Virus record (IMG/VR): IMGVR_UViG_3300044625_001067
Span: 1 to 64,000 of that record
Reading direction: 5' to 3' (one strand)
Length of the DNA stretch: 64,000 bases
The position numbers and the translations under genes were made by a program. The notes under the pieces were generated by a model, which made no database searches, was not told the origin of the DNA, and saw only the letters and a program-made list of their open reading frames with translations. Below, in pieces: positions 1-11,300 of the stretch; within the stretch, counting starts at the first letter, position 1, and every line of letters starts with the position of its first letter.

Positions 1-495
1 GGAAGCGCTGCAAAAGTGCAGACCACTGCACAAATGTGCAACGGCTGTTTCAACGCAGACGAGTTTCCGGCGCTGCCCGTTTCAATTGCTGCGCTAACGT
101 CGGCAAATCTTATGTATGCTACAACCAATGCACGGCGGATTCCGCCATTCCCAAGCTCAACAGCAGGGATAACAAATATTAACGGACTGGTGCAAGGTAT
201 GCCTAATTTGCAAGAGCTGCCGGTAATCAATATGGCCGGAGCATCTAGCGCCGGAAACGGCAGTCTTACTGGTGGGCAGTCGGCCCCATCGCTGAAGCGC
301 ATGCGTATTTCAGGGATGCGGTTTTCGTTTAGCGTGGCAAACTTTCAGCTATCAGCGGCGGCTCTAAATGAAATCTTCACGGGGCTGCCAACCGTCGTAG
401 GACAAACAATTACGGTGACGGGTAATTATGGCACTAGCCAGGGCGGGTATAACCCTCTTATTGCAACAATGAAAGGTTGGACGGTGACGACATGA
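1..495 (+). CDS. C-terminal part of tail fibre / receptor-binding protein (runs in from window edge)
   Basis: Leucine-rich-repeat-like 'LQELP' units; C-terminus 'TITVTGNYG...IATMKGWTVT' typical of phage fibre ends. Confidence 0.5.
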   Translation, partial: GSAAKVQTTAQMCNGCFNADEFPALPVSIAALTSANLMYATTNARRIPPFPSSTAGITNINGLVQGMPNLQELPVINMAGASSAGNGSLTGGQSAPSLKRMRISGMRFSFSVANFQLSAAALNEIFTGLPTVVGQTITVTGNYGTSQGGYNPLIATMKGWTVTT

Positions 496-1004
496 CCAAC
501 ACAGCAGGCTTCTACAAATTCGAAAATGACGAGCTAAGGTACGCCAGTACCTCAGTACATGCACCCAACTTCACTTTGGTTGAAGCCAATCACGCCAACT
601 ACAATTATCCGGTCGAAGGTTGGTACTACTTTAACTCCTACGAAGACGCTGAAGCTTATTTTGAATTGAACGGCGCTAGTAACACCGATTGGGCGGGGTT
701 TCGGCACGCTATCCTGACCGAAAACGGCTATGTAGACGCATTGGCACGGGCTCTGGATTCTGAAAACAATAGCGCCAGGCTCGCGGTAACTTTTTCTCAT
801 TCTCGCCTTGACCGATTTCAGGATAAAGGGGACTTTGCCGAATACTTGCAAGGACTGCTTCTGATTGTTTCTGTACAACCTGATGAGTATAAAGCGCCTT
901 TGATTGAGGAATTTTTAGCCCTGTCGCAAAGGTTTAACTTGCCAGCGGCGTTCATGACTGCGCTTTATCAGGCCATAGTTGCTATAACGCCCTCCAGCGC
1001 CTAG
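492..1004 (+). CDS. phage protein downstream of tail fibre (possible fibre chaperone)
   Basis: ATG overlaps the upstream TGA; 'GFYK...YNYPVEGWYYF' motif; position after the fibre gene. Confidence 0.4.
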   Translation: MTNTAGFYKFENDELRYASTSVHAPNFTLVEANHANYNYPVEGWYYFNSYEDAEAYFELNGASNTDWAGFRHAILTENGYVDALARALDSENNSARLAVTFSHSRLDRFQDKGDFAEYLQGLLLIVSVQPDEYKAPLIEEFLALSQRFNLPAAFMTALYQAIVAITPSSA

Positions 1005-1286
1005 ATATGGAACTAAAACTTTTTGTAATAATGACCGTGGCGCACCTGGTTCTGTTCCCCGCAGCGTGGTGGGTACTCACTAAACCTGATGCGATTCGGC
1101 GCTGGATGGCTGAAAGGTTGAAATCGTGAGTACTCAACTAGCCACTAGACCCGAAACAGAGCGACGTCACCGTTGTTCTCGAAAGCGTCCGGGTTACTTA
1201 CAGAAGTAAAGAAAGATCAGTAAACGAAGTTTACTCTTACCCTTAGCCTTGAAACTAAGTTCAAGGCAAGGCAAATTCACCTGAAG

Positions 1287-2363
1287 ATGAAACCTACACT
1301 CCACCTAATCGGAATTTTTCACACACAACCTACTCAGGCGTATAGTCACTGTGCATTCACCGGAAAGGCCATGCGCTTTCCAAGGATGATGATGGCGCAA
1401 GGGTACAACGTAATCGAGTACGCGAATGAAGGTTCTGAGGCGAATGCATCGGAGCACGTTACAATGCTGACGGCAGACGAATTTGACAGACTATACGGCA
1501 ACCGCGACGATCGGGAATTCCATGGAGACGACGCCACAATTGGAACAGAGGGTCACCAACTCTTTGAGTCTCGTATAATTCCTGCGCTTCACGACCGTGT
1601 AAGACCTCGCGACATTATCTGCCACCCGTTTGGTCACGCCCACTCCGCTTTGCTGAGCGAGTTTCCCTCAAGTACACACGTTGAAACCGGTATTGGGTAC
1701 CCTACAACAATGCAGGGAACAAAGAAGATATACGAGTCCTACGCCTGGATGCACTATCACCAGGGGAAAGAGGGGAGGAACGGTGAGAACTACGAGTGGG
1801 TTATTCCCAATTATTTTGACACAAGCGAGTGGGAACCTTCGTTTGAAAACGGCAACTATCTCGCATTCCTGGGAAGAATAACCCCACTGAAAGGTCTTGA
1901 CACAATCAAGGCACTCGCAGACTACAGTCCCTGGAAAATCCGCTTGGCCGGACAAGGAGATCCAACACCTTGGGAACACCCTAACATTGAGTACGTGGGG
2001 CCACTCAAGGGCAAAGAACGTAGTACGTTCCTACGAAACGCACGTGCCTGCTTAATGCCGACCACCTTTACAGAACCGTTCGGGGGGTCTGGGGTTGAAG
2101 GAATGCTCTGCGGAACTCCTTTAATATCCGTAGACTACGGTGCCTTCACAGAGACCGTTGTCGAAGGTGTTACTGGATTCCGGTGTCACACTCTTCAAGA
2201 CTGGGTGAATGCTTTGCATAACGCAGGGGTCCTGGACCGCAAGAGGATACACGAGATTTCGGCAGCAAAGTACAGCCTGGACGTGTGCGGGAAGAAGTAC
2301 GCCAGAGTATTTTCCGACTTGGACAATTTGTGGGATGAAGGTTGGTATACTTTGAGTGTCTAA
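1287..2363 (+). CDS. glycosyltransferase, GT4/GT-B family
   Basis: 'FLGRITPLKG', 'EPFGGSGVEGMLCGTPLI', 'ETVVEGVTGF' GT-B motifs. Confidence 0.9.
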   Translation: MKPTLHLIGIFHTQPTQAYSHCAFTGKAMRFPRMMMAQGYNVIEYANEGSEANASEHVTMLTADEFDRLYGNRDDREFHGDDATIGTEGHQLFESRIIPALHDRVRPRDIICHPFGHAHSALLSEFPSSTHVETGIGYPTTMQGTKKIYESYAWMHYHQGKEGRNGENYEWVIPNYFDTSEWEPSFENGNYLAFLGRITPLKGLDTIKALADYSPWKIRLAGQGDPTPWEHPNIEYVGPLKGKERSTFLRNARACLMPTTFTEPFGGSGVEGMLCGTPLISVDYGAFTETVVEGVTGFRCHTLQDWVNALHNAGVLDRKRIHEISAAKYSLDVCGKKYARVFSDLDNLWDEGWYTLSV

Positions 2364-2402
2364 ATGGGGGTAAAATACCCTGTAAGAAGTGCTCAACCGA
2401 CC

Positions 2403-3023
2403 ATGGTTATGGACCGCAACCCTTCGTTCGCAAGAGACGAAAACTTTGAGATAAGTGCAAGGAAAGTAACAGATATGCTGTGGGAAGCTTCGAGAGGGGA
2501 CCTTGCTTCTATTCCGAACAGCTACGTTGAGGGCCTCTCCCACGACTACTCCGACGGTTCTGTGTCACTCTTGAATCTACTCAACCGTGTCACACTCACT
2601 GAGAAAACCTACGAGGAGTTTTCCGAGGTTGTTGAGCGTCTAATTTACACTCAGGATTCGGATTGGCCCGCGAAAGACAGCATCCTTGAAGTCCAGGCAG
2701 AAAAGCTTCTCCACGACTCTTGCGGCGAGGGTCTCAGCTTCAGCGAACTCGACTTTGATCTCAGCTTTGCCGAAACGGGCAACATGTCAGACAAGATCGA
2801 GCTTTTCCTTAAAAAGGTAATTTCCTCTGTCTACCTCGACGGTGTGTCGAGTGTCACGGACAGGGATGGAAACCCCCCAAACGAAAGTAACAGCTACCTC
2901 CAGTCCCCAGATGGGAAGTCCTTTTCCGGCACCTTCTTTGACAACTCGGACTCTGAAAAACCCAAAAAGTTTGACTTTGAGATAAATAAGGGATCAAAGG
3001 GGGACTGGACAATTAAGTATTAA
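2403..3023 (+). CDS. hypothetical acidic phage protein
   Basis: Open frame; ATG at 2403 follows a GGGTAAAA motif. Confidence 0.6.
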   Translation: MVMDRNPSFARDENFEISARKVTDMLWEASRGDLASIPNSYVEGLSHDYSDGSVSLLNLLNRVTLTEKTYEEFSEVVERLIYTQDSDWPAKDSILEVQAEKLLHDSCGEGLSFSELDFDLSFAETGNMSDKIELFLKKVISSVYLDGVSSVTDRDGNPPNESNSYLQSPDGKSFSGTFFDNSDSEKPKKFDFEINKGSKGDWTIKY

Positions 3024-3088
3024 GTGTCTGGAGAACGGTTCTCACCCCACAGAAAAGGGGTAAAACTCAGTCGAGTCACTGGAACACA

Positions 3089-3526
3089 ATGGAAGAAAAT
3101 TTCACGGTATACGCGAATAAGGCCCTTAAGTCTCTCAATGACGCAATAGTTGTCAGCCGATTGTCGCACTGGAACGTGAGAGGGCCAAATTTCTACGAGT
3201 GCCACCTTCTTTTCGAAAGAATTTACACCGACCTTTCCGAACAAATTGATGGCCTTGTTGAGAGCCTAAGAGCGTTTCAGCACAACCCCGACTTCGCACT
3301 CTTCAGTGGCCCTGGAATCTCGATGCAGAACTACGACTGCCGCTTCTTGGCCGAGCTTTCCCTTGACTTTTTAATGTCCCTGATCGCCACCCTGGCCCTA
3401 TTCTTCGAATTTGTTGAGAGCATCGAGGGTGACCCCCGTCTGGTCGCACTTTCCAATCGCATTCAAGGCATCTCTGACGCGGTTCTTACGGACCAGTACC
3501 TCCTTCAAGCTTACCTTGGAATGTGA
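3089..3526 (+). CDS. Dps/ferritin-like four-helix protein
   Basis: 'HWNVRGPNFYECHLLFERIY...IDGLVE' matches the Dps signature region. Confidence 0.8.
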   Translation: MEENFTVYANKALKSLNDAIVVSRLSHWNVRGPNFYECHLLFERIYTDLSEQIDGLVESLRAFQHNPDFALFSGPGISMQNYDCRFLAELSLDFLMSLIATLALFFEFVESIEGDPRLVALSNRIQGISDAVLTDQYLLQAYLGM

Positions 3527-4031
3527 GCCCTTTACCGACGTGTCGAGGCGCTAAGCTAGTCTCAGCTACTCGAGAACTATTATGTATTTGGTTGTTCGCG
3601 TTGATGGCCGAGTGTGGGATGGCTTCGGATGGAACGTAAAAGGCAAGAAGTTCTTCACAGTGGCCAGTGCAACCCGCTCTCTGCATGAGAATGGCGAAGG
3701 TGTCGAAAAGGCTGAGATTCGGCCTGCAGAGGGAATTCTGCACGAGTGGGCATCGCCTGCAGTACCATCCAATGAGCGCTGGCTGCACGAACCCTCGGCT
3801 GCAGCAGACCTGCAAGCCGCGATGGCCTGGTCCGTCAGCCAAGACTTAAAATGATACCACCAAGAAACTTCCCACCAGGTGTCCTAAAGCTGGTTGAAAT
3901 CGAGGGAAACCAGATAGTGAAGACACATGCAGAGTGGCCGTCAACTTCTCGGTACAGAAGCAAACTACAAAATATGAGAAATGACCTCCTTATGATTAAC
4001 CCTAAGTTGGACCTTCAAATTATCGAAAACA

Positions 4032-4217
4032 ATGCTTGAGCATAATAATGATAACCTTACAACGAAACTTTCTTCCGACGACAATGGTGACCTCATTCTT
4101 GACTTCCCTGAAGAGATCCTTCAAGCAGTTGGTTGGTCGGAAGGTGACACGCTCGGAATCGAGGTGTTCGCCGGACGAATCATTTTCCGAAAGATTGAAC
4201 CCGACGGCGATAGCTAA
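4032..4217 (+). CDS. AbrB/MazE-like DNA-binding protein
   Basis: 'GDLILDFPEEILQAVGWSEGDTL' swapped-hairpin motif. Confidence 0.7.
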   Translation: MLEHNNDNLTTKLSSDDNGDLILDFPEEILQAVGWSEGDTLGIEVFAGRIIFRKIEPDGDS

Positions 4218-4368
4218 GTTGAACATGGACGTTTTGTTAAGGCTTTGCGAGTGTGAGACTGAGATTTCTCTGCGTGAAGCGTCGAAAAACCGTTGCGACG
4301 ATCTCTGATCTCTAGCCCTTGGCTCCTGCGACCTGGGGGCAAGGGGGTGGATTCCCCCCCTCGCTCGG

Positions 4369-4412
4369 GGGCGGTTTCCCGGCTTGTTTCTGCGGCGCAT
4401 AACCGCTATAGT
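4369..4412 (+). promoter_or_regulatory. first copy of the repeated composite phage promoter (about 38 copies in window)
   Basis: GGGCGGTTTCCCGGC-TTGTTT-17 nt-TATAGT. Similar copies at approx. 5553, 7398, 10383, 10709, 11235, 13012, 13906, 15001, 15422, 16320, 17331, 19023, 19998, 20383, 21401, 23218, 23758, 24198, 29025, 29702, 30291, 31442, 32235, 33878, 34855, 38233, 39702, 40528, 40788, 43861 (+) and 49714, 52198, 54336, 57650, 58605, 58963, 61451 (-). Confidence 0.9.
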
Positions 4413-7400
4413 TACTTCAGTCTACGCAACCGACTGTGAAAAAGTCCACCCTTGACCTCTTTGAGGATAAAGCTCAGAAGGAAGACGAGCTTAAATTTGC
4501 ACTCTGCGAAGAGTTTGCATCTGAGATGGAATTGCCTGTAGACTACGTCTACGCTGAGTTTGTGGACCCCAACACCACCTCTTTACAAGAGGTTAAGTCA
4601 GTCCTTGATTCTTTCTAGGCTGCTTCGCAACGCTACCCCAACCAACTTCCCTGCAATGCCTGACACTTTAGACTTTAGTGGAAACCTTGTGACCTTTTTA
4701 GGTCTCATCGGTGTTACATCCACGCTCGTTATCTACGTGGTGGTATCAAGAACTTTCTGGTCTTCACCTTTTCGGCGTTAGCTCTCCGCAGTAACTTCGC
4801 AAAGACACACAACCACTCGGCCATGAGACTCAATTATTTCAACCTTCTAGCCACTCTCTGCATTGGGGCACTCGGCAGCTTAATGTTCCCACACGCCATT
4901 TTCCTGTTTGCCTTTGTTAATGGGTTTTGCGGTAGCACTTTGTACCCCATTGTTGAGTTTGAGTAGCACTAAGGAGCACTGAAGACGCTCGAATGCCTGT
5001 ACAAGGCCCCCACCTAAACACTCCGCACCCTTGTTGCGCCCCAAGCAAAATGGCAAGCTTCACCGACGAACGTTACATGGACCTGGCTACGGAAATTTAC
5101 CTTCACCTTATCCGGGAGAGTGGACCTCATGCACTTCTTGACTTCGAACTGAGGGAACTAGCTAAAAGGGCAGACGATGCTGCAGCTGCTCTGGCGGATC
5201 GATTCCTGGAGGAATGAGCCAACCTTGCATGAAAACATACCAATTTTGGTACGGATCCCCGCACGGTGATGGGTCAGAAGTTCACTATAGATCAAACCAC
5301 CAGCCGGTGTTCGAGTGCTACTGCGAAGGAATTGAAGAAGCAGTGAAGCTATTTGAAGCACAAACACAAAAGTCCTTCATGAGAGGGTACAGCATAAGTG
5401 TTGATTCGGACTTAAGCTTCCCGGAAGTGAACTACTACGATCGCCCGAACTTTGCACCTGTAAAGGGTTTCAGGGGTGTGAGTAGACTACGTTTGAGGTT
5501 AAGCTTTAAGCTATGGTGCGCCTACCGAGAAATTGTACATAGTTGGAGAGCTGGGGCCGGTTTCCCGCCCTTGCTATCTTGAGCAGAAAGCGGTATAGTA
5601 GAGTCAGTTAACCCACCTTTGGCCAACAGCCATGAACACCTCTAAACTGTGTCCCAACGCTCAAGAGCTGTACGACGCCGCAGAATCCACACTTAAGCAA
5701 TTTGGGATCCCCGAGGATACCCTTCGCACAGCGTTGGCCGCTGCCCTACACCGTCTTTCAGACAAGTGGGAGAGGGAAATTGGAATTTTCAATAACAAAC
5801 CAAAAACTGAGTTTATACGTGGGATCACAAACTGTACGACCTCTTTGACAGAGATTGCTGACGACTTAGATGGAAAGTCCTGATAACCATTTATACGGAC
5901 AAACCTGAAGATTACCACATGAAAAACACCACCTCAACCCACTCTGACAACTTGAGTCTTGAAGCTCAGCAAATTATGGACTTCATACAATTACGAGACT
6001 ACCAGAAAAGGCATGCTCAGCTAGTCGTCTCCGCTGCTTTCCAGGCTTTGGCTAACCTAACAAAGAGTGAAGTTTCCCGACTTACCCCTGAGTTACTAGA
6101 GACCCTCTCAAGAGAGTTTCAATGGAAAGCACAACACCTGTAACTACGTTGCATTGATGACCACTCCCAAAATTAAGTATGAGATCACCCCCGAAGACGC
6201 ACGTAGAGTCGCACAAGCTCTTCGTAACGAGGCTCACCAACTCGAAAATGAGAGCGAACGTGCCTGTGAAAAGGGCTTCGACGACTACGGCACCTTGCTC
6301 TGGAAAGAGTGTTCCCTTCACAATAAGCTGGCTGATTACTTCTACCCCTTAGGTTAAACAACTAAAGCCCCTTAACCCTCGAGATTACTATGGAAGTTCC
6401 AGTTTTGTTAGTGATTATCGTGTCCGCCGTTGCCGTTGCAGGTGTGGTGGCAACTTTAGTCCTGTACAATGTTCTTCAAGGTTTGACAAGGAGAAAATGA
6501 CGATTGACCCCTACGGTAACCTTCGTTCTTTACAAGAGGTTAAAGCCGCAACACAAAAGGTAGTGAGTGCGTTTAGCCATCGTCACAACCCTGAAGCTGA
6601 CTCCGGCTTTAGCGCCCTTGCTGAGGCCATCCGTGTTGCAGCCCAGGAAGCTTCACCGGTAGAATACGGCTCACTATACGGTTTTCCTATGGAATACAAA
6701 TGCCATGTACGTGATGCCCTGAACCTAATCGCGTCTGAGCTGGACGCTCTGGCCCTGAAACGCGAATCCTTTCTAAGGCAAGGCTCTGACTGATTACTGT
6801 CGGGTAGTCCCACGCAGCTCTTAAGCGAAATCAGCACACACTTCTCAGGTTAAACACCCCCGTAGCCAAATGTCTGGAAAGTTTTCGTTCAGCAAACTAG
6901 TTTTAGGTTTGACACGCCCCAAGGCGGTAACGTCAGGAGTCGTTGCGTACTACCTTCAACCACTCATACACGGCAACAACACCGCACTGAATATGCTATT
7001 TACAGCATTTTCCGTTCTAGCCTACTTAATTGCCATCCTGATTGTGGTGGTCGGAGATCCTTTTCTGATCCCACCGGGAAGCTGGAGGGTCGCCGAGGTG
7101 TACCGGGAACGTCTCAATAGACGATGGGCTCGCCACCAGGTACTCTTCCTGTCTTACCTTGTTACGCTCGGGCTTATTTTTATATCCGTGCTGGTGTTAA
7201 AAGCTGCTCCCACCCAAAGTATCTGGTTGGAACGAATATACCTGTTCCTTGGCATTCTCGCATTCTCCCATTCGCTGAGTATTCCAAGTGTTTTAATTGC
7301 TGCCCAAAGAGAGCGAATTGATTCTGTTATCGAGTCGAGGAGAAGGCAAGAAGGTATTGCCCCTCGAACCGATCTGGGAGAGGGGGGGACTTGGTTAGGG

Positions 7401-7466
7401 CGGTTTTCCACCCTTGTTTCTGCTCGGCAGTAACGTATACTTAATTCAGTTGAGACACTCGAACCA

Positions 7467-7979
7467 ATGACCCTCGCCCTCGCCCAGCCCCAAACTCTCA
7501 GCACAAAGGAACTTGTAAAGGGCCTAGTCTTCCATAACTACGCAGAGCGCAAACCCGAAGAAGGGTTATGCATCTGGAGGATGGCACACAAGAGCGAAAA
7601 GTTTACAATAGTGTTCACAGCAGAGATGCGGATTCGAGGCGCCGGGTTCAAAAACGTGCTGTCGCCTGAGTTTGACTACTGGGATGGCTACAGAGTGATT
7701 CTTCCCAAGGGGCTGATTGAGTGGGCGGAAATCCCGGCTGGTATGCCCTTGCCCCGAGGACTTGGTAACCACGTGCTTGATATTCCCGGCGTAGAGCACG
7801 AGAATTGCCCCTTTTGCAGGAGCCAACCTAAATGGCGAAGTGGGGGCTTCGGTGGCTATACTCCACTAAACCACACAGACTTTCACCTTGTGTGCTGCAA
7901 GTGGTTCAACGGAGAGCGCAACCGTTCCCACGACCCCGTAGCGTTAGCCGCAGCCAGAAACGCAGCTATAATCGGATAA
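7467..7979 (+). CDS. hypothetical protein with CxxC motif
   Basis: ATG directly after promoter copy at 7398; CPFC...CC. Confidence 0.6.
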   Translation: MTLALAQPQTLSTKELVKGLVFHNYAERKPEEGLCIWRMAHKSEKFTIVFTAEMRIRGAGFKNVLSPEFDYWDGYRVILPKGLIEWAEIPAGMPLPRGLGNHVLDIPGVEHENCPFCRSQPKWRSGGFGGYTPLNHTDFHLVCCKWFNGERNRSHDPVALAAARNAAIIG

Positions 7980-8323
7980 TGGGTCCGTACAACTTATTTC
8001 GGGCAGTTCAAGACCAGTTTCCCCTTCAAAGGGCACTTCGAAACTTTTTCGTCACCGGGTTCGCCTGGGGCCTTTTCTCTCGAAACTCTCACATTTCGCT
8101 CAAGAGTGGGAAGCCAAAAGTTGTATACAGCAGCAAAAGCTCAGCATTGAACGCAGCCGACTCGATGCAAAAGAGACTCGGTGGCACCTTCAGTGCGTAC
8201 AAATGTGCATTTTGCGACGGATACCACGTTGGCCGTAGTCGAACTCGACAAGAGGCGCGAGAGCGTTGCTCTCCCTTTCAGTTTACCATCCAAACTACAA
8301 ACAATGATCAACGTAATCCTTGA
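7979..8323 (+). CDS. small Zn-finger phage protein
   Basis: 'AYKCAFCDGYHVGR' motif; ATG overlaps the upstream stop. Confidence 0.55.
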   Translation: MGPYNLFRAVQDQFPLQRALRNFFVTGFAWGLFSRNSHISLKSGKPKVVYSSKSSALNAADSMQKRLGGTFSAYKCAFCDGYHVGRSRTRQEARERCSPFQFTIQTTNNDQRNP

Positions 8324-8972
8324 TAAAAAGCACTGGTTCATGTGCATGCTGGACACGAGAAAGCACATTGAGAGCTCGCTCGGGAAGCCAATGTCTCTTC
8401 CTCCTTCGATTCAAGAATGCGTGGAAGAAAGCGACTTTTCGGAGGACGCCTATGCGGACCTTGTTTCGGTTTTCAAGTTGATAAAAGGTTGCGAATACGA
8501 ACAAGTTGTACGAGAAAACACTTGCAACTTCGAAAACGACCTGTCTGATTTTTTCGTGTACACTGTATACGCGCCAGTTGGAAGTTCGGACTGGCTCTGG
8601 CAGCGCGATTGTTTCGTCACCGTGCAGATTGGTGATTCGGGTGATCCTCACTACGTTAGCTACGAGACCGCTCAAGTTTACGACATGTGCGACAACCAAC
8701 TCGCTGAGACGGGGTTCCTGAGTGACCGGTTAAGTTGGTACGCTCGCTACTTCCCGCACAGAGAATTTGAAGAAAACAGCGACGAAGCCAAGCTCCTTGA
8801 GAGAACCAACGAAGAACTCGATGCTACTTCTTCAGGCAACCCGACAAGTCGGCTCGGAGAGCTTTTCTACGCTGATCCGATATGGGTTGAAAAGTACCAA
8901 GGGTTCGTCGCAAGAGTAAAAGGGTCAAGGTTCCCAATGGTGTTTGTACCTACGGAGCCGTACTACGGCTAG
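8304..8972 (+). CDS. hypothetical protein
   Basis: Long open frame; probable start MINVILD. Confidence 0.55.
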   Translation: MINVILDKKHWFMCMLDTRKHIESSLGKPMSLPPSIQECVEESDFSEDAYADLVSVFKLIKGCEYEQVVRENTCNFENDLSDFFVYTVYAPVGSSDWLWQRDCFVTVQIGDSGDPHYVSYETAQVYDMCDNQLAETGFLSDRLSWYARYFPHREFEENSDEAKLLERTNEELDATSSGNPTSRLGELFYADPIWVEKYQGFVARVKGSRFPMVFVPTEPYYG

Positions 8973-9247
8973 TCCCCCACGGGTCTCGGTTTCTTTCGCT
9001 TAGGCGGGTCAACGAGTCGAGGAATCGGCCCGTAATACTCTAATGGGCTGCCTTGTGTCGAGTGTCCGCAGCGGAATGTGCGATCGAGTAGAACACAGAT
9101 TTGCTTTCGTGTAAGAGTAACTCCGTTTTGGGTTACTGTCCAATTCTCATTGTTTTCTTCTCTCTTGGGTTCCATAGTCGTCTCCGGAAAGTTTTGTAAC
9201 TTACTGAATAAAGTGTAGTGTGTTCAACAAGGTGGTAAATTTTAAGG

Positions 9248-10198
9248 CTAAGATAGATGGGGCCTCACGACTTCCTCGGGATACTTAGAAATCGCCTCCC
9301 TCGCAGCATCAACAAAGTCAGTGTCCCACTTTGCTTTACCCTCCATCTCCCCTACAGCTGCCATAGCTACAGCTACCCTCTCAAGCTCTAGGCCGTCTTT
9401 CCAGGTGTCTTCCCCAACAATGTAGCCTTCGTCTTTCAAAGCTTGAATCGCGTACTGACTCATTGGAAACCCCGCGTATCGAGACAATAGCTTTTTTACA
9501 ATCCTGTCATAGGAGCAGTCTTCCCAGAACGCTTCATACTCTTCCCTAGTCACAGAGAGACCCGTCTTTGCTGTCCAAGTTGCTAGTTCCCGACGAATAC
9601 TTTCGTTTGTGTAGCTACTTAAAGCGCAACTGTCAACTGCCAGGTCTTCGAGTCGAATCTTGTCGGACGGTAGTCTTTCTTTGACATTGAACATTCGTTC
9701 AACACACCAATTTTTCAAGTCTAAGAGACACTCGGACGTTTCTAGCTCCGCCCACTTATCCAGTAGTTTGTCGGGATCCGAATAAGCAGAGCCAAGATAT
9801 TCTTCAAAAGTCGGGTAGAGACTTTCAACTAAGAACTTGTCTATTCTTGCACCCTCTCTTAAATCACTGGTGACTCTCAGCTTTAAGGGTAAGCTTAGCA
9901 GCTCTGCTGGCAGGGTTTCTTCGTAATATTGCTTTGTTTTCCTCCTCCTTGATTCCGGGGTGGTCATTTTTAACCCCTTCTCCAGGTTACGTATGGAAGA
10001 GTATCCTAAGTCCTTGACAATTTGATCTTGGCGTCTTAATCTACGAAGCTCTGAGTTCACCTTTTGAACGAGTTGCTGAAGGTTCAACCCCTGAACATCT
10101 ACCCCACTTACGGCCAATGTATCCGTCAAAGACTGAATTTGATCCTCTATTTGTGATAGTGCCTTCGTTACAGAAGAGGTGAAGGATGAAGTTGCCAT
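9248..10198 (-). CDS. hypothetical protein (316 aa), minus-strand gene within the plus-strand block
   Basis: Long ORF with N-terminal coiled coil; preceded by CCGGGTAAAA on the minus strand at ~10280. Confidence 0.7.
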   Translation of the reverse strand: MATSSFTSSVTKALSQIEDQIQSLTDTLAVSGVDVQGLNLQQLVQKVNSELRRLRRQDQIVKDLGYSSIRNLEKGLKMTTPESRRRKTKQYYEETLPAELLSLPLKLRVTSDLREGARIDKFLVESLYPTFEEYLGSAYSDPDKLLDKWAELETSECLLDLKNWCVERMFNVKERLPSDKIRLEDLAVDSCALSSYTNESIRRELATWTAKTGLSVTREEYEAFWEDCSYDRIVKKLLSRYAGFPMSQYAIQALKDEGYIVGEDTWKDGLELERVAVAMAAVGEMEGKAKWDTDFVDAAREAISKYPEEVVRPHLS

Positions 10199-11234
10199 AT
10201 AGCGAAAGTAACAATTTGGAGGGGTGGAGGAAGTGCTGCCCCAGGGTTGTTACAGCCCTCAGCACTCCTCCACTATAATTTTACCCGGTAAAGTCAATGT
10301 TAGGGGGGGTACCCCCCCACCCCCCCTCAACATTGAAAACTTTTTTCGAAGAGTGCGAAGCATTATCTTCCCCCTCGCAAACGGACGGTTTCCACCCTTT
10401 GTTTCTGCGTCGCAGAAACGGTATAATAATAGTGTGTAAACGCTGACCCATGGAGAACCCCCTCACTCAGTTTAAATATGCTTTTCAGTTTTGGGCTGCT
10501 GCTGTTTTTGGTGTGTATTCACAACACTTTTACGAGTGGGATGAGTGGTTGTTCCGCGATACAAGGTACACGCAAGAAAATCTTACGGGACGGTTCTGGC
10601 AAGAGATCAATGACGGCTGGGATTGGATGCAACCTTATATGATTGAGCACCTTGCGGAATTTAACTCGTGGGACGAACTCACCCCTTAGTCACCATCAAC
10701 CCCGAAAACGGGCGGTTTCCACCCCCTAGTTTCTGCTTGGCAGAAACGGTATAATAATAGCATACAAACGCCAGACCCAATGCCGAACTACAAAACCGTG
10801 GAAACCAGCCCCGAAGTCTGGGCGGTCATTCGTGCTCGCCACCCTGAGCTTGTGCCGTTCGGTACTGCATCATTTGAAGGCGACATGTTTACAAGTTATG
10901 GATTCCCTGGGTGTGACTTTCCGGTGATGGAAGCTCGAACCACTTGGGACATCAACCCCGAGGAGAGGTGGAAGCGCAACAACGAGCAGCATCGCTACTG
11001 GCTGTGCTTGCCCATTGAGAACCAAGATTGAGAACCCATCCGCATGGAGGCTATACTGCAACTTGAGACCAATGACTGAGGAACAATTCTACCTGCTGTG
11101 GGAGAAATTCGCCTATTCGACCCTGGTGGATTCCCTGCCCGACGATGTCCCACAAGAGTGCGAAAGACTCGGCATTTCCGTTGATTACTTCCTCTTCGAG
11201 TTTATCTAGTAGAAACTTTGTCAAAAGGTTGGAT

Positions 11235-11300
11235 GGGCGGTTAACCGCTCGCTCTGGGGCGGTTTACCGGCTTGTTTCTGCAGGGCAGAAACGGTATAGT
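11235..11300 (+). promoter_or_regulatory. composite promoter with two tandem boxes
   Basis: GGGCGGTTAACCGC and GGGCGGTTTACCGG 22 bp apart; TTGTTT 11272-77; 17-nt spacer; TATAGT 11295-300. Confidence 0.85.
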
